Shown: one piece after another, positions 61,341 to 64,000 of the stretch
Numbering within the stretch: the stretch's first letter is position 1
Layout of the letters: each line of letters opens with the position of its first letter
Origin: Picochlorum sp. SENEW3
Taxonomy: Eukaryota
Assembly: GCA_034226945.1 (NCBI GenBank)
Contig: CP120460.1
Coordinates: 930,001-994,000 of the forward strand
DNA length: 64,000 nucleotides
Reading direction: 5' to 3'
Notes under the pieces: model-generated
Seen by the model: the letters and a program-made list of their open reading frames with translations, nothing else
Told to the model about the DNA's origin: nothing
The model's database searches: none
Program-made: the position numbers and the translations under genes

Positions 61341-61595
61341 GGGGTTAGTTTAGTCGAGCAAACCACGATACGAGTAACAGAGCGATTCCTTTTGCCTGAA
61401 CAATGAGTATGAAATACTGATGTTATAATAATATGCGAGCGCTTCAGGGAATCCCAATCTCATCGATCTATACACGCGCATACCTGCCATGGCCATAGGC
61501 CGGGCTTTGCAATTTGGGGTGCCTCAAACGCGGTGAGTACTTCTCTTGTATGCAGCAGGGCTCGACGCACACGGCATGGATTGAAATGAAAACTT

Positions 61596-62552
61596 ATGTC
61601 AAGCAGAATGGAGGAAAAGAAGGATCAGGAAGAGGCAGTTAGGGAGGTACCGTTGGTTGAAAGCAGCAGCTCTGCTTTTGAAGCGCTCGATCCCTCGACC
61701 AAGAAGAAAAATAAGAAGAACAAGAACAAGAAGAAGAAAATTGCCGCGTCTCAGGGCGACGCCGGGCGAGTGGATGAGACTGACAGGAAAGGAGAAGAGG
61801 AAGGGGAGCAAGAAGAAGTGCAAGCCGTGGAGCAGCCTCCTGAGCAGGACGTGGAAGTGGCAAACGAGGTGACTGATGCGTGTGAGCAGGAAATGCAGTT
61901 GACATCAGACCCTGACAGGAAAGGAGAAGAGGAAGGGGAGCAGGAAGAAGTGCAGGACGTGGAAGTGGCAAACGAGGTGACTGATGCGTGTGAGCAGGAA
62001 ATGCAGTTGACATCAGACCCTGACAGGGAAGGAGAAGAGGAAGGGGAGCAGGAAGAAGTGCAAGCCGTGGAGCAGCCTCCTGAGCAGGACGTGGAAGTGG
62101 CAAACGAGGTGACTGATGCGTGTGAGCAGGAATTACAGTTGACATCAGACCCTGACAGGAAAGGAGAAGAGGAAGGGGAGCAGGAAGAAGTGCAGGACGT
62201 GGAAGTGGCAAACGAGGTGACTGATGCGTGTGAGCAGGAAAAGCCCCTGCAAGACAAGGGGGGTATCAAAATCAGGGAGGTGCCCTCGTCGTATCTGTCT
62301 GATGCTGCCAAGGCATGGGGTGGAATCCCTGTCTCTTTGACTGAGGATGAAACTTTTAAAACTGTTGAAACATTTATACCCTACAATAAATTGAAAGATA
62401 TGCGCGCAGAGGATGGACTGGATATGACCAAAAAGGAGTATTATCTTGCGCCCGAAGAGTTCTCGAAAGTTTTTGGTTTGGATATGCAAGCATATCTGAG
62501 ACTTCCTCTCTGGAGGAGACAAATGCTTAAAAAGAAAGTTGGGTTATTTTAA
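61596..62552 (+). CDS. Acidic repeat protein with C-terminal villin headpiece domain
   Basis: KEYYLAPEEFSKVFGL..LPLWRRQMLKKKVGLF. Confidence 0.85.
   Translation: MSSRMEEKKDQEEAVREVPLVESSSSAFEALDPSTKKKNKKNKNKKKKIAASQGDAGRVDETDRKGEEEGEQEEVQAVEQPPEQDVEVANEVTDACEQEMQLTSDPDRKGEEEGEQEEVQDVEVANEVTDACEQEMQLTSDPDREGEEEGEQEEVQAVEQPPEQDVEVANEVTDACEQELQLTSDPDRKGEEEGEQEEVQDVEVANEVTDACEQEKPLQDKGGIKIREVPSSYLSDAAKAWGGIPVSLTEDETFKTVETFIPYNKLKDMRAEDGLDMTKKEYYLAPEEFSKVFGLDMQAYLRLPLWRRQMLKKKVGLF
61780..62240 (+). repeat. Coding tandem repeat of alternating 132-nt and 108-nt units (ABAB)
   Basis: DRKGEEEGEQEEVQ(AVEQPPEQ)DVEVANEVTDACEQEMQLTSDP x4, near-identical at the DNA level. Confidence 0.95.
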
Positions 62553-62573
62553 TTGTCCTGTATCCTCTATATC

Positions 62574-64000
62574 TCACAATTTTAAGTCAAGCGAACAACG
62601 GATGTTCATTGCCCCAAGTTCGCTCACAAGATATTTGAAAACAAAAGGCACAGCTACCCTCTCGACATACTTGCTTGTGTCACAAAGTCTACAGATGACC
62701 CTTCCCCGATTCGTTGTATCTGCCCTGGTTGCATGAACTCCGTGCGCTGTAGAAGCCGTATGTGGGACATTTTGAGTAGATATTAATAGACCGCATTTGG
62801 AGCAAACATCAGAAACATGGTAGTCTGAGCATGAGTGTAATCTGTCATGAAGAAGGTATGCAGCCCCATGGGCGAGCAACGAATCTCGCTCCATCTCCCC
62901 AAAACGGATACCTCCACCAAATTTCCTTCCTTTGATAGGCTGGCGGGTCATTGGGTTGATGGGACCAGTGGATCTCACCTGGAATTTATCCGACACCATA
63001 TGGCGCAGTCTCTGATAATAGACAACACCAATATATGTGTCCACTTGGAAAATTTCACCAGATACTCCACAGATCATCGTCTCTCCCCCGTTTCTAGTAA
63101 AACCTGCATTTTCCAATGAATCGCAAAATTCTCTACAGATCGCCAGGCTATCATTGTCTCGCTTGTCATCTTGGGACTTCTGGAAAGGCGAAGAATCGAC
63201 AAAGGATCCTTTCAAAGCCCCTGCTTTACCTGTCAAACTTTCTATGAGCATTCCTATGGTCATACGTGATGGGAAAGCATGGGGATTGATGAGAAGATCT
63301 GGTCGCATGCCTGAAGTTTCAGAAAATGGCATGTCAATGTCATCAAACAGCCTCGACAATACACCCTTCTGACCATGTCTGGAAGAAAACTTATCTCCTA
63401 TTACTGGATTCCTATTAAATCGCAGTTTTATATTAGCGTGCCTTATATTCTTGTCCTTCCCGTGACCCACTATAGAAACCTGGTCCACAACTGCTGTTTC
63501 CTCACCCTTCAGTTTCCCAGTCTTTGCTTTGCCAGTGAGGCTATCCAACGCGCTGTAATAAGTCTCCCCAGACCAAACGGGTGCACCAACCCTCGGTAAT
63601 CCATCCATATCGAGGATGTGAGGTTGCACAAAGTCCTTTGTTTCATCAATGGGTACTTGGGGGTATTGTGCACCAAAGGCACCCTTGAATGGTCCTCGGA
63701 GCTTTTCCCGCCTATTGCCTGCAGCAAATTTTAAATCAGAGCCCTTTTCTTTCGACAAATTAATCGACTCAGTCTTATATAGTGAAGCATGCGCAAAACC
63801 ACGCTCTACGGATGATTTATTCAGAATCATGGCATCCTCCATGTCATATCCTGTGTAGGCAAGAACTGCAACAATCGCATTTGTCCCATTTGGAAATTCG
63901 TCCATCGCATACGTAGGATATCTCTGTGTGCGAACAATAGGAGTCTGAGGCGTCTGAAGCCTATATAGCTTGTTGTCAGTCCTGTGTGGAAGGGCCTGAG
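62574..64000 (-). CDS. RPA2: RNA polymerase I second-largest subunit (3' part; runs off the window)
   Basis: GTNAIVAVLAYTGYDMEDA, GDKFSSRHGQKG, YQRLRHMVSDK, GGIRFGEMERD and C-terminal Zn finger. Confidence 0.95.
   Translation of the reverse strand, partial: QALPHRTDNKLYRLQTPQTPIVRTQRYPTYAMDEFPNGTNAIVAVLAYTGYDMEDAMILNKSSVERGFAHASLYKTESINLSKEKGSDLKFAAGNRREKLRGPFKGAFGAQYPQVPIDETKDFVQPHILDMDGLPRVGAPVWSGETYYSALDSLTGKAKTGKLKGEETAVVDQVSIVGHGKDKNIRHANIKLRFNRNPVIGDKFSSRHGQKGVLSRLFDDIDMPFSETSGMRPDLLINPHAFPSRMTIGMLIESLTGKAGALKGSFVDSSPFQKSQDDKRDNDSLAICREFCDSLENAGFTRNGGETMICGVSGEIFQVDTYIGVVYYQRLRHMVSDKFQVRSTGPINPMTRQPIKGRKFGGGIRFGEMERDSLLAHGAAYLLHDRLHSCSDYHVSDVCSKCGLLISTQNVPHTASTAHGVHATRADTTNRGRVICRLCDTSKYVERVAVPFVFKYLVSELGAMNIRCSLDLKL

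Noticed and set aside
61780..62240. CRISPR-like array
   Set aside because: The repeats are in-frame coding units without unique spacers, in a eukaryotic gene.

Overview
This is eukaryotic nuclear DNA from a very compact, intron-poor green alga. The evidence is GT..AG introns mostly 50-90 nt long, TGTAA poly(A) signals after stop codons, and plant/algal-type genes (OEP21, SnRK2, Sip1, bifunctional HIS7). A Picochlorum-like trebouxiophyte is my inference. About 35 tightly packed protein genes are recognisable. Highlights: (1) a circularly permuted tRNA-Val(AAC) gene at 52181-52273, with the 3' half before the 5' half and the split at 37/38; (2) a decayed Fanzor1/TnpB RNA-guided nuclease relic at ~22080-23037, followed by a LINE-like fragment; (3) MAD1 nested antisense inside a 2.5-kb intron of a raffinose synthase/Sip1 gene, where the intron ends carry complementary 10-mers; (4) a recurring architecture in which longer-than-usual introns are closed by terminal stems that would shorten their effective length; (5) a 2.8-kb gene-free island with a GC-rich segment, plus overlapping or almost abutting gene pairs. 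Exon boundaries were inferred by eye from splice motifs and frame continuity. No database searches or folding programs were run.
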